Shown: positions 9,440-18,778 of the stretch, one piece after another
How the letters are laid out: each line of letters begins with the position of its first letter
Position numbering within the stretch: position 1 is the stretch's first letter
IMG/VR virus record: IMGVR_UViG_3300037408_000837
Location: 1-48,390 of that record
Reading direction: 5' to 3' (one strand)
From: a virus
Taxonomy: Duplodnaviria; Caudoviricetes
Length of the DNA stretch: 48,390 bases
Notes under the pieces: generated by a model
What the model saw: the letters and a program-made list of their open reading frames with translations, nothing else
Database searches by the model: none
What the model was told of the DNA's origin: nothing
Made by a program: the position numbers and the translations under genes

Positions 9440-9667
9440 ATGAGCGATCTGCAATGGGCATTTGATCAGGCCAACGCCGAGTCCAAGCGGCTGACTGCCG
9501 ACCTCGCCCGCGTGACCGAGGAGCGGGATGCGCTGCGGGCGGCGGCGCAGGCCGTGCTGGACTACGCCACGATCGTCGAATGCCACAATGTCACAAAGGT
9601 GGAGTGCCAGTGTCACGAGTGCGCGACCCTACGCGCCCTCCGCGCCGCCGTGGAGGCGTGCAAATGA
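9440..9667 (+). CDS. Hypothetical protein
   Basis: GAGGTG RBS; coiled coil plus CQCHEC. Confidence 0.65.
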   Translation: MSDLQWAFDQANAESKRLTADLARVTEERDALRAAAQAVLDYATIVECHNVTKVECQCHECATLRALRAAVEACK

Positions 9668-9984
9668 GCGCGGAGATGGGCTCCGCTGCTCGCATCGCTC
9701 GCGTGTTCCCGCGCCGCACGGTCGTGGACCACTACGTCGTCGCCGTCGCCTACCGCACCCGCTGGGAGGGCGAGGTCGATCACTACTCGGCCGAGGTCTG
9801 CGCCGATCCGCAGGCCGTCGCCGACTACCTCTGCGGCTACGACCCCACCGCCTACCTGCTGGGCCTCCCACCGAGCGAGCACTACCGCGAGCGCGCCGAG
9901 CGCATGCGCCGCGAGCTGCGCCTCCGCTACGAGGCGGCGGTCTCTGAGGTCCTCGCCGTGCTCGAGCCCGAGCGCATCTCCTAG
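9664..9984 (+). CDS. Hypothetical protein (last gene of + arm)
   Basis: ATGA overlap; strong GC3. Confidence 0.7.
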   Translation: MSAEMGSAARIARVFPRRTVVDHYVVAVAYRTRWEGEVDHYSAEVCADPQAVADYLCGYDPTAYLLGLPPSEHYRERAERMRRELRLRYEAAVSEVLAVLEPERIS

Positions 9985-10130
9985 CCCACCCATCCTGAAC
10001 CCCCGTCGAGAACCGTCGCACCCTCCGAGATATGCGCCTGACCGCCGTCGGAGGTATCGTGATCTACACCGACTCGCCAACCGGCTGCGAATCGAGGCCG
10101 GTCTGCCGCCGCTCACGAAGAACCCACCGC

Positions 10131-10799
10131 CTACGCAGCAGCCCGCATCTCGCGCAGCGCTCGCATCTTCATGAACCAGAACGAGCCCCCGGCCTGCAGG
10201 CCAAGATCGGCCGCTACCTGCGCTTCCGTCGGGTCGTCGCCCACGAGGAACATCCGCTCGATTACTCGCCGGTCAACGGGTCGAGCGTGCGACAGCAGCC
10301 GTTGCACGTCGATGCCGGCCTCGAGGCGGCGCTGCCAGTCGGGCGCCTCCAGGCTGTCGATTAACCGCGTCTTACTGCCGAGTCGCACGGGATCGTACAG
10401 CGAGCCGACCGTCGGGTACCCCGGCAGCGTGCCGGCCTTCTTCTGGCACCGACCCCGAGCGTCCTGCCTCAGCGGACCAGAGCCCCGTCGGATCGTGATG
10501 GTCGTGCGCTGCGTGTTGGCGAACTCGGCGATCCGGTTGCGCACCCAGTCGAAACAGTAGCTCGGGAAACTCGAACCGCCGTCGGGACGCCACCGCTGCA
10601 CCGCGATCATGATTCCGACCTGGCCCTCGGCCTCGAGGTCCTCGCTCTCGGGCCACTGGCGCTCTCGGTGATAGCGCTTGGCGAGTTGCTTCACCATGCC
10701 CTGGTTGGCCAAGACCAGCTCGGCGAGGGCTCGCTGGTCGCCGTGGTCACGCCACGCGGTCACCCGTGCGGCCTGCTCGCTGTGGGAAAGGGAAAGCAT
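10131..10799 (-). CDS. Phage sigma-70-family sigma factor
   Basis: Region 2: LVLANQGMVKQLAKRY...DLEAEGQVGIMIAVQRWRPD.G.SFPSY..DWVRNRI; region 3 SLYDPV; region-4-like VIERMF...TEAQVAADLG. Confidence 0.82.
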   Translation of the reverse strand: MLSLSHSEQAARVTAWRDHGDQRALAELVLANQGMVKQLAKRYHRERQWPESEDLEAEGQVGIMIAVQRWRPDGGSSFPSYCFDWVRNRIAEFANTQRTTITIRRGSGPLRQDARGRCQKKAGTLPGYPTVGSLYDPVRLGSKTRLIDSLEAPDWQRRLEAGIDVQRLLSHARPVDRRVIERMFLVGDDPTEAQVAADLGLQAGGSFWFMKMRALREMRAAA

Positions 10800-10812
10800 C
10801 TAGTCCCGCGGT

Positions 10813-11832
10813 TCATGCCATGGGCAGAACATAACCACTACAGCAAATCCCAGGGATGTTGCTGATGTTCGCGTTGTAGAAGTCGGCTCTAGTCCCGTCG
10901 GAACTGAGGCGAACGTGCGTGGTAGGGAAGGTTCCATACCAGTGGTCCCACACGTTGCCCAAGCCGTCGAGGCACAGGTGCCCAATCCCTTGTGACGAGA
11001 CGTCCCACTCCTCGTTGTAGTCTGAGATCCTCCACTTCTTCACGCGCGAGTTGCTGCTGCCAGTCATGTAGAGGTATGTGTCGTCAGAGACAATGCTGCC
11101 GCCGTTGGCCCAGCCCGTGCCAATGTGCGTGTTTGTAACGGAGCCACCGAGCAGGCCCACCCTCGTCAGGTACTCCTCGGTGTTCATTCCGACGGTCCTG
11201 GTGAGAAAGTACACGTAGTTCCCTGCGACTGTCCCAGGAGTCAAAGTCCGTGAGAACGGACCTCCGGTGCTGTAATACGAAACGTTCCCTGACCCAGCGT
11301 TGACCCTGACGACTCGCGTATCGTAGTTGTCGCAAACGCCCCACAGAGAGCCGCGCCCGTCGTAGGCCAGCCCCCGGGCCATGCTCCACGTGCCGCCGAG
11401 CGTCTTGTTCCCGGTGTCGAGCACGAAGGTGCCGCCGCGGTCGAAGCAGACAGCGCTCACATTCGCGTCGTTAGTGATCCAGAGATTGGTCCCGTCGAAG
11501 GCGATCTGATTGTACCCGGAAGCGTTCCCGTGGTAGTAGGTGCCGAGGATGGCAAGCGAGACAGGATCGATCTTCAGAATCTTGGTCGGGTTGGCAGCGT
11601 TGTGCGCCCAGATGTACTCACCATCGAACGTCAGCCCACGGACGCCACCCGGGAGCGACACGTCAACGTAACCGAGCACCGAGCCGTCAGAGATTGCTAC
11701 CTTGACCACCTTGTCAGACCCGGCGAAGTACGACGCTGGTGGGACGACGTACGGCACGACCACCGACCCGATGCGAGGCCCCACCAGGCGCTGGCTCCCC
11801 ACCCCGAACGGTCGTCGGCTGGTTGCTCCCAT
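10813..11832 (-). CDS. Beta-propeller (YncE/Vgb-like) repeat protein, possible receptor-binding/virion protein
   Basis: Repeats GLTFDGEYIW, IAFDGTNLWI, GLAYDGRGSLW, SDDTYLY, LDGLGNVW; lower GC than genome; ATG overlaps upstream TGA. Confidence 0.7.
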   Translation of the reverse strand: MGATSRRPFGVGSQRLVGPRIGSVVVPYVVPPASYFAGSDKVVKVAISDGSVLGYVDVSLPGGVRGLTFDGEYIWAHNAANPTKILKIDPVSLAILGTYYHGNASGYNQIAFDGTNLWITNDANVSAVCFDRGGTFVLDTGNKTLGGTWSMARGLAYDGRGSLWGVCDNYDTRVVRVNAGSGNVSYYSTGGPFSRTLTPGTVAGNYVYFLTRTVGMNTEEYLTRVGLLGGSVTNTHIGTGWANGGSIVSDDTYLYMTGSSNSRVKKWRISDYNEEWDVSSQGIGHLCLDGLGNVWDHWYGTFPTTHVRLSSDGTRADFYNANISNIPGICCSGYVLPMA

Positions 11833-12179
11833 CAGGTGATCGAGCCCCCGTCCATCGGGGTGAGCCACGCCGTGAAGTTATCAGTGTAGGTCGCGTCACG
11901 GATGACGCTGACCCCCGTGGCTCCGGCCGGGATGATGATGTGCCCTCCATCTGAGCCCATGCACGGCGCGTCGTTGGCGTCCGGGGTCACCCCGTCGCTG
12001 CGGTAGTGGCAGCACACCACATCTCCCTCCGTGTTGGGCAGGATGCGCAGCTCGTAGATATACCCTCCCTGGAGAGTTCCGAGGGCATGAACATCGCCAT
12101 CCGTCACGGACACCGCCGTGGCCCCGTTCCCTGGAGCCCGGATACAGGACTTGGCGATCAGGATGTCGATGGCCGCCAT
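11832..12179 (-). CDS. Hypothetical beta-rich protein (paralog A)
   Basis: Clear similarity to 12183-12656. Confidence 0.75.
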   Translation of the reverse strand: MAAIDILIAKSCIRAPGNGATAVSVTDGDVHALGTLQGGYIYELRILPNTEGDVVCCHYRSDGVTPDANDAPCMGSDGGHIIIPAGATGVSVIRDATYTDNFTAWLTPMDGGSIT

Positions 12180-12182
12180 GGA

Positions 12183-12656
12183 CTACGCCTCCGACGTGAT
12201 GGCGCCCCCATTCAGGGGGTAGAGGTATGCCGTGAAGTTGTTGGTGTAGGTCGTGTCACGGATGACGCGGACCGCCCCGGCGACGGCGAGCTGGATGATA
12301 TGCTCCGGATCCCCTCCCGAGATGGGGGTGTCGTTGTTGTCCGGGTCCACCGTGTCCGTCCGGTAGTGCCCCAGCACGGTCTCCCCATCGGTGGATGCGA
12401 GGATCCGCAACCCGTAGGGGGTGTTGGCCTGGATGGTCCCGAGGCTGTGAACGGCAGCGTCGGCAACCGCGGCAGAGACCCCGTTTCCTGGGGTCCGCAC
12501 GCAGGAGCGCGCCATCAGGAGAGCAATGCCTGCCTCCAGCGCAGCATCGGAGGCAGCCAGAACCAGCGCCTCATTCCTGGCGAGTCGCGCCATCGCCTCG
12601 GCCGTGCGCGCGATCAGGTACGTCTGATCGAGGGTCTTGTTTATCACCGACGCCAC
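12183..12656 (-). CDS. Hypothetical beta-rich protein (paralog B)
   Basis: GGAGG RBS before GTG 12656; SC.R.PGNG...LRIL...HYR.D...VIRD.TYT.NFTA.L.P..GG.IT shared with paralog A. Confidence 0.75.
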   Translation of the reverse strand: MASVINKTLDQTYLIARTAEAMARLARNEALVLAASDAALEAGIALLMARSCVRTPGNGVSAAVADAAVHSLGTIQANTPYGLRILASTDGETVLGHYRTDTVDPDNNDTPISGGDPEHIIQLAVAGAVRVIRDTTYTNNFTAYLYPLNGGAITSEA

Positions 12657-12667
12657 GGCGAACCTCC

Positions 12668-13048
12668 TCAGATGCTCTGTGGTGGCCTGGTCAGCCGCAC
12701 GTACAGATCGACGGGATGAGACGGCTCGTGGTCGGTGGTCACGATGGTCAGGTCCGGCACTGTGAGCGGACCAGTGGTGACGATCTCCGGGTAGCGCACG
12801 AACTCGCCACCCTGCACGCCGACCGTCACCTCGTGCCCCTTGCAGCCGGGGCTCGCCTCGAACATCACCGGAACCTGGATGCCGGGCAGGTCCGGCCGCA
12901 CGTCGCGAAGCCGCGTCATGCGCGCGCCGGGCGGCGGTGCCAGCAGTCGTACCGTGCACTCGCCGAGGCGGTCAACGCCTGGCTCCACCGGGGCGGGCCC
13001 TCGCGAGCATCCGATCAGCGACAGCGCCAGCAGCGTCATGGCGCGCAT
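12668..13048 (-). CDS. Predicted lipoprotein
   Basis: MRAMTLLALSLIGC lipobox-like signal. Confidence 0.6.
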   Translation of the reverse strand: MRAMTLLALSLIGCSRGPAPVEPGVDRLGECTVRLLAPPPGARMTRLRDVRPDLPGIQVPVMFEASPGCKGHEVTVGVQGGEFVRYPEIVTTGPLTVPDLTIVTTDHEPSHPVDLYVRLTRPPQSI

Positions 13049-13557
13049 GCGGCCCCCACCGTGCACGGGAACACCTCGTACGGGTAGCTCGGCGGGATCT
13101 TCTCGTCGGCCTTCCCTCGGTTGCACCAGCAGAACGTGATGATGGCGTCGGTGTTGAAGACCTTGGCCATGCCTCCGTCGGGCAGCGGGATGACGCCGGC
13201 GTCGGGATTCTCCTTCTCGTAGTCGCAGGAAATCCTCGCGCCAGCGTCTGAGCGGTAACATGAGACAGCCCCTGCGTCCGTTGCCAGGATGCACGATTTC
13301 GAGTAGGTTCCGGCGTCCAGCTTCTGCCTCTTCTGACACCCAAACCGATGACTACTGCCCCATGCCCGGATCAGGTTGTGCTCGACCGGCCGGCTCTTGA
13401 GCGTGCGCGGCTGCGTCCACTCCAGGGTGAGGCTGGCGCGGTTGGTCGCCGTTGCCGTGAGATCCGTCGGCGACGGTATGGCGTCGTACGGCCCCTGGTA
13501 CATCCAGGTAGCAGCGATCACGGCGACCAGCGTCCCGGCCGTGGCCGCCACGGACAC
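13036..13557 (-). CDS. Secreted/membrane-anchored Cys-rich hypothetical protein
   Basis: GGAGG RBS before GTG; hydrophobic N-terminus; FN3-like start PTDLTAT...SLTLEWT; several Cys. Confidence 0.55.
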   Translation of the reverse strand: MSVAATAGTLVAVIAATWMYQGPYDAIPSPTDLTATATNRASLTLEWTQPRTLKSRPVEHNLIRAWGSSHRFGCQKRQKLDAGTYSKSCILATDAGAVSCYRSDAGARISCDYEKENPDAGVIPLPDGGMAKVFNTDAIITFCWCNRGKADEKIPPSYPYEVFPCTVGAACAP

Positions 13558-13610
13558 GGTCCTCCCGGGGATGAGCTTCCCGTTGGCATTCACGAACCAG
13601 TTGGTCACGA

Positions 13611-13931
13611 CTACACCCAGCGCGCTGAGAGCCGCGCCGTCGGCGTACCTGAGACGTAGACGTACGTCTCCATTCGGATGCGGGCCCATGAGCCGAAGAT
13701 GCTGATCGGCAGGTTGTCCGTCGAGCCGGTGATCGGGTCGGCGATGACGGTCCAGTCGTCGTCACCGGTCTCGAGCTGCGAGCCGAGGATGCGAATGGTG
13801 TTGTCAGCGTGACCGGCGTTGGCCACGATCACCGTGTCTCTGTAGTGGATGGAGGAGCACGCCGCGCCGCGGTTCTCCCCCTCGGCCTGGGACTGCTTCA
13901 CCTCGAGTACTTCTGTGACATAGCCAAGCAT
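13611..13931 (-). CDS. Hypothetical beta-sandwich protein
   Basis: AAGGGAG RBS; ORF fills the gap in the operon. Confidence 0.65.
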   Translation of the reverse strand: MLGYVTEVLEVKQSQAEGENRGAACSSIHYRDTVIVANAGHADNTIRILGSQLETGDDDWTVIADPITGSTDNLPISIFGSWARIRMETYVYVSGTPTARLSARWV

Positions 13932-13943
13932 GAACGATCTCCC

Positions 13944-14567
13944 TTATCTGAGCGGTGGGGTGTCTTGCCCGTCCGGAGTGGCCTGTCGGTCGCTCGGCTT
14001 TGCCAGCCGTTTGGCGATGTTGAACGACCCGGCCGCGGTCGCCGACGCCAGCACGCCGTCGATGAGGAGCTGCGGATCAAACTTCCCGCCTGCGACCATG
14101 CCGTTGACGACCACGGTCAGGACCCCCGTCGCGAGCGCGAGCGTCGCTCCTCCCCTGTCGGAGTGGACCCACGCCGCCGCTCGGGCGGGTAGAAAGCCGG
14201 CTAGCCTCCGCAGGAGCAGCACTGACAGCAGGAGTCCCGCGACCACGACCAGCCGCCAGTTGCTCGTGCGCATGGCGTCGCGGACCACGTTGGCCGTGCC
14301 CTGCACGTCCTCCGGCTGCACCTGCGCCGCGACCACCGCGGGACGCGAGCTCGGCTGCGAGGTCGCCACGAGGGCGCGGACGTCCACGTAGGCCATGGAA
14401 GCCGGAACGCCAACCTCGAGCTTGGCAACCTTCGCCACGGCGACCTTCTTGGCCTCAACCTGCGCGCCGGCCTGGGTCGGCGCGAACGCTCCCACGAGGA
14501 TCATGCCGCAGGCCAGACCCATCGCCGCGGCCCAGGGACACCAGAACATCTTCGCTTTGCGATTCAT
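13944..14567 (-). CDS. Multi-TM membrane protein, holin candidate
   Basis: N-terminal hydrophobic segment plus 2-3 TM helices; in amidase cassette. Confidence 0.6.
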   Translation of the reverse strand: MNRKAKMFWCPWAAAMGLACGMILVGAFAPTQAGAQVEAKKVAVAKVAKLEVGVPASMAYVDVRALVATSQPSSRPAVVAAQVQPEDVQGTANVVRDAMRTSNWRLVVVAGLLLSVLLLRRLAGFLPARAAAWVHSDRGGATLALATGVLTVVVNGMVAGGKFDPQLLIDGVLASATAAGSFNIAKRLAKPSDRQATPDGQDTPPLR

Positions 14568-14989
14568 GGCTTGTCTCCTGCCGCGGTTGGCGGCTCGAGG
14601 GTCAGTTCGTCGGACACGTCGTCGGACTGCATCACCTGCGACGGTGGGCCGTTGATCGACTCGCAGCGCCACCTGATGAAGTCGAGGGACCGCTGCAACT
14701 GGCGCACGGCGCGGAACAGTTGCGTCAGGTTCTTGCGGAGCTGCTCGGCCGCGCTCTCGACGGAGTGGTAGCGCTGGCTCACCTCGTGGTCGACCTCGTC
14801 GGGGACGCCGTCGGCCTTGCCCTCGAGCGTGAGCAGCCGGCGCTCGTGGTCGACTCCACGCTGCCTCTCAGCGCCGAACATGACCGCCAGCTTGAGCGCG
14901 CCGATGACGAATCCCATGACGACGCCGACCGCCCCCACGGAGCCCCACGGGAACGTCGACCACCACGGCACGGAGGCGAGCAGGATCAC
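14564..14989 (-). CDS. TM + coiled-coil protein (holin/antiholin or spanin-like)
   Basis: One TM then coiled coil; directly after amidase, GTGA overlap. Confidence 0.55.
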   Translation of the reverse strand: MILLASVPWWSTFPWGSVGAVGVVMGFVIGALKLAVMFGAERQRGVDHERRLLTLEGKADGVPDEVDHEVSQRYHSVESAAEQLRKNLTQLFRAVRQLQRSLDFIRWRCESINGPPSQVMQSDDVSDELTLEPPTAAGDKP

Positions 14990-15654
14990 TCCACGACCTC
15001 CGCCCGGGTACGCTCGAGGTGCGCCTTGACCGGGCCATCGAGGTAGGCGCGGAGCTCGGGCCCGGGGTCGATGTGGCTCGAGTCCGGGTCCACGTCGTGA
15101 TGGCCGCGGAGGCAGTCGTCCACGTCGGCCCGGGTCCACCGCTGCCACGCTTCGGCTAGCTCGAGGATCGCCGAGTTCTGCGGCTCCGTCAGCATCTGCC
15201 AGAGGAGCGCCCCGTGCGCGCGGTAGTCCTCCCGCTCCGGGTCGACCTCGAAGCCCGGGGCCTTGCCGTTGGTCCGGCAGTACGCCGCGTTCGAGACCTC
15301 GATGCCGTTCGAGATCCGGTTCGTCTCCTGCCCGCGCCAGCGCCCGGCGACGTGGATCGCGCTCCGGGTGAACGGCAGCACCTGGAACAGCATCCCATCC
15401 CGTCCCAGGTAGCCGTGGGCGTAGTAGCGCGCGCTCCCCGCGGCCACCCGCTTCGCCATGCCCTCCGTGCCGTCGCGCTTCGAGTCGTTGGCCCCGAAGG
15501 GCACGCGATGGCCGGTCAGGTGCCAGACCAGGATCTCCGGCTTGGCGTCGGGCGTCTTCAGTGGGCCGAAGTCCGAGCCGCGCATGAGGTGCTCGACCCC
15601 GAGCACATCACCCTGCTCGCTCCACAGCAGCCCGTTGCGGTCGACGTAGGCCAT
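14986..15654 (-). CDS. Endolysin, N-acetylmuramoyl-L-alanine amidase (Amidase_2)
   Basis: LVWHLTG; AHGYLGRDG.LFQ; AIHVAG; N..SNGIE; GHHDV; DPG. Confidence 0.85.
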   Translation of the reverse strand: MAYVDRNGLLWSEQGDVLGVEHLMRGSDFGPLKTPDAKPEILVWHLTGHRVPFGANDSKRDGTEGMAKRVAAGSARYYAHGYLGRDGMLFQVLPFTRSAIHVAGRWRGQETNRISNGIEVSNAAYCRTNGKAPGFEVDPEREDYRAHGALLWQMLTEPQNSAILELAEAWQRWTRADVDDCLRGHHDVDPDSSHIDPGPELRAYLDGPVKAHLERTRAEVVE

Positions 15655-15658
15655 GGCC

Positions 15659-16009
15659 CTACTTCACGAGGAGCACGAGCGCCTTGACGAGGTTGATCAT
15701 GTCGGGGCCGAAGATGGCCGCGAGCTGCGCCCAGTCCTCCGGGAGGACGTGGCGCTCGCCCTTCGTGAAGACGGCCTTCGCCGCCTTGAACGCGAGGTCG
15801 AGCTTCGCGGGGCCGTCCTTGAGCCCGTCGTTGTAGACGTGGATCGCATCCTGCACGTCGCTCTTGGGCCCCTGGGTGAGGTCCTGGCCGATGACGTCGC
15901 CGGCCTCGCGCTGCACCTCGTCGTCGGTCGCGTTCTCGCCAATCACGTCCAGCTTGCCGCCGTAGATCGGCATTCGCTCGTTCACGGTCTTCGGGTCGTT
16001 GTCGCCCAT
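15659..16009 (-). CDS. Hypothetical protein
   Basis: AGGAGG RBS; strong GC3. Confidence 0.75.
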   Translation of the reverse strand: MGDNDPKTVNERMPIYGGKLDVIGENATDDEVQREAGDVIGQDLTQGPKSDVQDAIHVYNDGLKDGPAKLDLAFKAAKAVFTKGERHVLPEDWAQLAAIFGPDMINLVKALVLLVK

Positions 16010-16018
16010 GATGTCCTC

Positions 16019-16798
16019 CTACACCACACGCTTCGCCACCTGATGCACGGTGACGTTCACCACCTGCACGTAGTCGCTGGAGCCGCTGGCCTGGTAGGCG
16101 GCGACCTTGAGGATGTCGGTGGAGATGTTCCCGATCTCGACGTCCAGCGAGTACTGCTGCGTCCTGGCCACGGCGCCCGACACCTCGTTGTGCAGAAACG
16201 CCCTGTGCTCGGTCCCACCCACGTCGACGATCAGTGACCTCGCGTATGCCGACGCTGGCCCGTTGACCCACCGGAGCGACACGTCGATGTGATAGATACC
16301 CACTTCGTCGAACTCCAGCGTGGACGCGTTGACGTTCACCCCTTGGCCGGTGATGGTCGGGGTGAAGTCGGAGAACGGCATGTACGTCTTCGTGGCGGTG
16401 ACGATCTCCAGCGGTGAGCTGTCGTAGTCATGCTCGAAGCCGATGAAGTTCATGATGCACTTGGTGAGATACGCGACGGTGACAGCCTGATTCACGGCGT
16501 CGCTGACCGGCTGCGCGCAGTTCACCGGCAGCAGTGTGGCCGCCTCGTTTGCAACCGTCAGCCCCTCGTCCGGGTCGCCCGTGAGGCGGCAGTCGCTCCC
16601 CATCGTCGGGATGGTGTACGCGTCGAACAGACGATCGTCGATCCAGTCGGTCCAGTCACCCGCGACACCGAGGCTGTCGTTGAGGTACTCGGCCGGCAGG
16701 CCATCCCCTTCGGCGAGCCCGTTGTCCTTCTCGGCCGCGGTCGGCTCGGTGCGTCCCGAGACGCTGGCCCAGCGGAGCACTCTCGTCGGCTTTGCCAT
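16019..16798 (-). CDS. Tail fiber-like protein with C-terminal beta-sandwich (C1q-like)
   Basis: Follows baseplate; N-terminal WA...EPT...KDNG...PAEYLN typical of baseplate-attached fibers; G.Y.IDVS motif. Confidence 0.65.
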   Translation of the reverse strand: MAKPTRVLRWASVSGRTEPTAAEKDNGLAEGDGLPAEYLNDSLGVAGDWTDWIDDRLFDAYTIPTMGSDCRLTGDPDEGLTVANEAATLLPVNCAQPVSDAVNQAVTVAYLTKCIMNFIGFEHDYDSSPLEIVTATKTYMPFSDFTPTITGQGVNVNASTLEFDEVGIYHIDVSLRWVNGPASAYARSLIVDVGGTEHRAFLHNEVSGAVARTQQYSLDVEIGNISTDILKVAAYQASGSSDYVQVVNVTVHQVAKRVV

Positions 16799-16802
16799 CT
16801 GC

Positions 16803-17594
16803 CTATGCCTCCTCTACTCCCGTGAGCTGCCCGATCGTGAAGCTGGCGCTCGACAGCGTGGTCCCCGGCACAACATCGCTCGCCGTCGCGTGGTCCTGCG
16901 CGGTGACCCCGACGAGCACGAACTCCGTCGCGGTCTTGCTCGCGAACTCGACGATCTCCTTCGTGCCGCCGAGGAGCGCGAGATACCCGCTCGCCGGGAA
17001 GCCCGTCGTGTCAGCGACCGTCAGCGTGGCCACGCCCGCGAGGTGCTCACCGTCCAGCGTGGTCCTCACCTGGGTCGTCCCCGTCAGGGTGAGCAGCCGC
17101 CCCGCCTCGCCCGTGTAGTAGACCAGGCGGGCCGCCACGCCCGCGACCTTCGCGCGCTCGAGAAACGACGCGAAGAGCGCCGCGTTGTCGCCGTCGATGG
17201 CGTCGTCGAGGAAGAGCGTCTCGCTGGCCGGCCAGTGCTGGATCAGCCGCTTGGTCCCGCCGGGGATCAGCGCGTCGAACACCGCGAGGATGTCGGGCAC
17301 CGTGCCGCTCGAGCGCAGCATTCGGATCCGCGCCGCGAGGGCGAGCGCGTACTGCGCATCCTCGAGCGCGCCACGGGGCTCGAGGAGCACCGCGCCCAGT
17401 CGGTCGAGCTGCCAGCCCACCGCGGCACCGAGGTACTGCTCCGTCATGAGCTGCCAGAGCGCGTCCTCGGCGGCCTGCTTCTGCGCCGCGTGCGCGGAGA
17501 TCTGACCCTCGATGCGCGGCTTTGAAACGTACTGCTGCAGCACGCGCGCAAGCGCCAGCTCAGCGTGGGTCGTGATGTGCTCGGGCTTCGCCAC
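16803..17594 (-). CDS. Baseplate wedge protein (DUF2612 / Mu gp48-like)
   Basis: AVGWQLDRLGAVL..PRG...D..Y...L.ARI....SSGT; follows baseplate J. Confidence 0.75.
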   Translation of the reverse strand: MAKPEHITTHAELALARVLQQYVSKPRIEGQISAHAAQKQAAEDALWQLMTEQYLGAAVGWQLDRLGAVLLEPRGALEDAQYALALAARIRMLRSSGTVPDILAVFDALIPGGTKRLIQHWPASETLFLDDAIDGDNAALFASFLERAKVAGVAARLVYYTGEAGRLLTLTGTTQVRTTLDGEHLAGVATLTVADTTGFPASGYLALLGGTKEIVEFASKTATEFVLVGVTAQDHATASDVVPGTTLSSASFTIGQLTGVEEA

Positions 17595-18778
17595 TACGGA
17601 TCTCCCGCGGCGCTCGTGACCGTGATCCGGCTGCTGTCGAAGTCCGCGATCTGGCGCGCGGTGATCGTGACGCTCGCGCTGGCCGGCGGGCTGGTCGTCC
17701 CGACGAGCACCGTCGCCGAGAGGATGCCGGGGATGTCCTTCAGCGCCATGATCAGGCGCGAGGCCTGCACGTCGCGCCCCATGGTGTACGTGCTGCCGTA
17801 GGTCAGCAGCGCGTCACGAACCAGGGTGTCGCCGTCCGCCGGGTACTCGGTCGCGTCGTAGGTGAGGTCGCACGACACGTAGATGTCGATGGAGGCCGCC
17901 TCCGAGAAGCAGACCGGCTGCAGCGTACCGGCCGAGTCTTCGACGGTGCCCTCGTTGCTGCCGTACGACTGGATGCCTCCGCCTACCGCCGCGAACACGG
18001 CCGACCGCACCTCTTCCTCGTCGGCCCCTGCCCCGAGGAGCACGACCACCTCGACCGAGTGCGGCGGCAACCCGTCGCCGTCGGTGGCGTCCGTGCAGTT
18101 CTGGAACACGACGCAGGCCTCGACCTGGTCGGTCAGTGTGAGCACCCGCGCGCGAATGGCCTCGTGCGCCGCGTTGCTCGCCGTCCGCATCTCCTCCTCG
18201 CGGCGCACGCGCAGGTCGGTATCCGTCTCGACATCCTGGCCGACGTCGGCGTTCTCGAGGTTCTCGGCCGTGTCCCAGCCGGCCACCGGGGTCTCGATGG
18301 TGAGCGCTCCGGCGAGCGCGACCAGCGGCCCGGTCTCCTCGGCCTGGAAGACGATGTCCGCGTACTCGTCGCTCGGGAACACCGCGATGGTGCCCTCGGC
18401 GATGCTGGCGAACCTCACGCCCGTGCTCACCACGCTGACCACGCGGCCGACCGGGAGCACGGTCCCGGGCGTGCCGTAGCAGCGCACGGTCATCGTCGAG
18501 TAGGTCGCGCCCTCGCGGATGGTCCCGGTGATGCGGCACACGCCGTCGAGCTGATCGTCCTCGGCGTTCGCGGGCTCGAACGCATCGTAGAGGGCCTGGG
18601 CCAGGGCCCACACCGCGGCCTCGCGCTCGGCGTCGATGGCGATCTGCTGGCCGTAGGGCGAGCTCTCGTCGAGGTCGATGTCCTGCCCGAAGGTGCTCCG
18701 GTAGGACTCCTCGAGCTCGAGGATGATGTCGTCGATCGTTTTCGGGATGAAGCCCGCCGCAGTCAGTCCGTAGGCCAT
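17594..18778 (-). CDS. Baseplate J / gp47 family protein
   Basis: YGLT..GF; SPYGQ; LD....TG..R; G.D.ETD..LR.R; DGLPPHS.EVVV. Confidence 0.9.
   Translation of the reverse strand: MAYGLTAAGFIPKTIDDIILELEESYRSTFGQDIDLDESSPYGQQIAIDAEREAAVWALAQALYDAFEPANAEDDQLDGVCRITGTIREGATYSTMTVRCYGTPGTVLPVGRVVSVVSTGVRFASIAEGTIAVFPSDEYADIVFQAEETGPLVALAGALTIETPVAGWDTAENLENADVGQDVETDTDLRVRREEEMRTASNAAHEAIRARVLTLTDQVEACVVFQNCTDATDGDGLPPHSVEVVVLLGAGADEEEVRSAVFAAVGGGIQSYGSNEGTVEDSAGTLQPVCFSEAASIDIYVSCDLTYDATEYPADGDTLVRDALLTYGSTYTMGRDVQASRLIMALKDIPGILSATVLVGTTSPPASASVTITARQIADFDSSRITVTSAAGDP

Noticed and set aside
11832-12656. Diversity-generating retroelement TR/VR pair
   Set aside because: No reverse transcriptase in the window, and differences are not adenine-specific; ordinary paralogs
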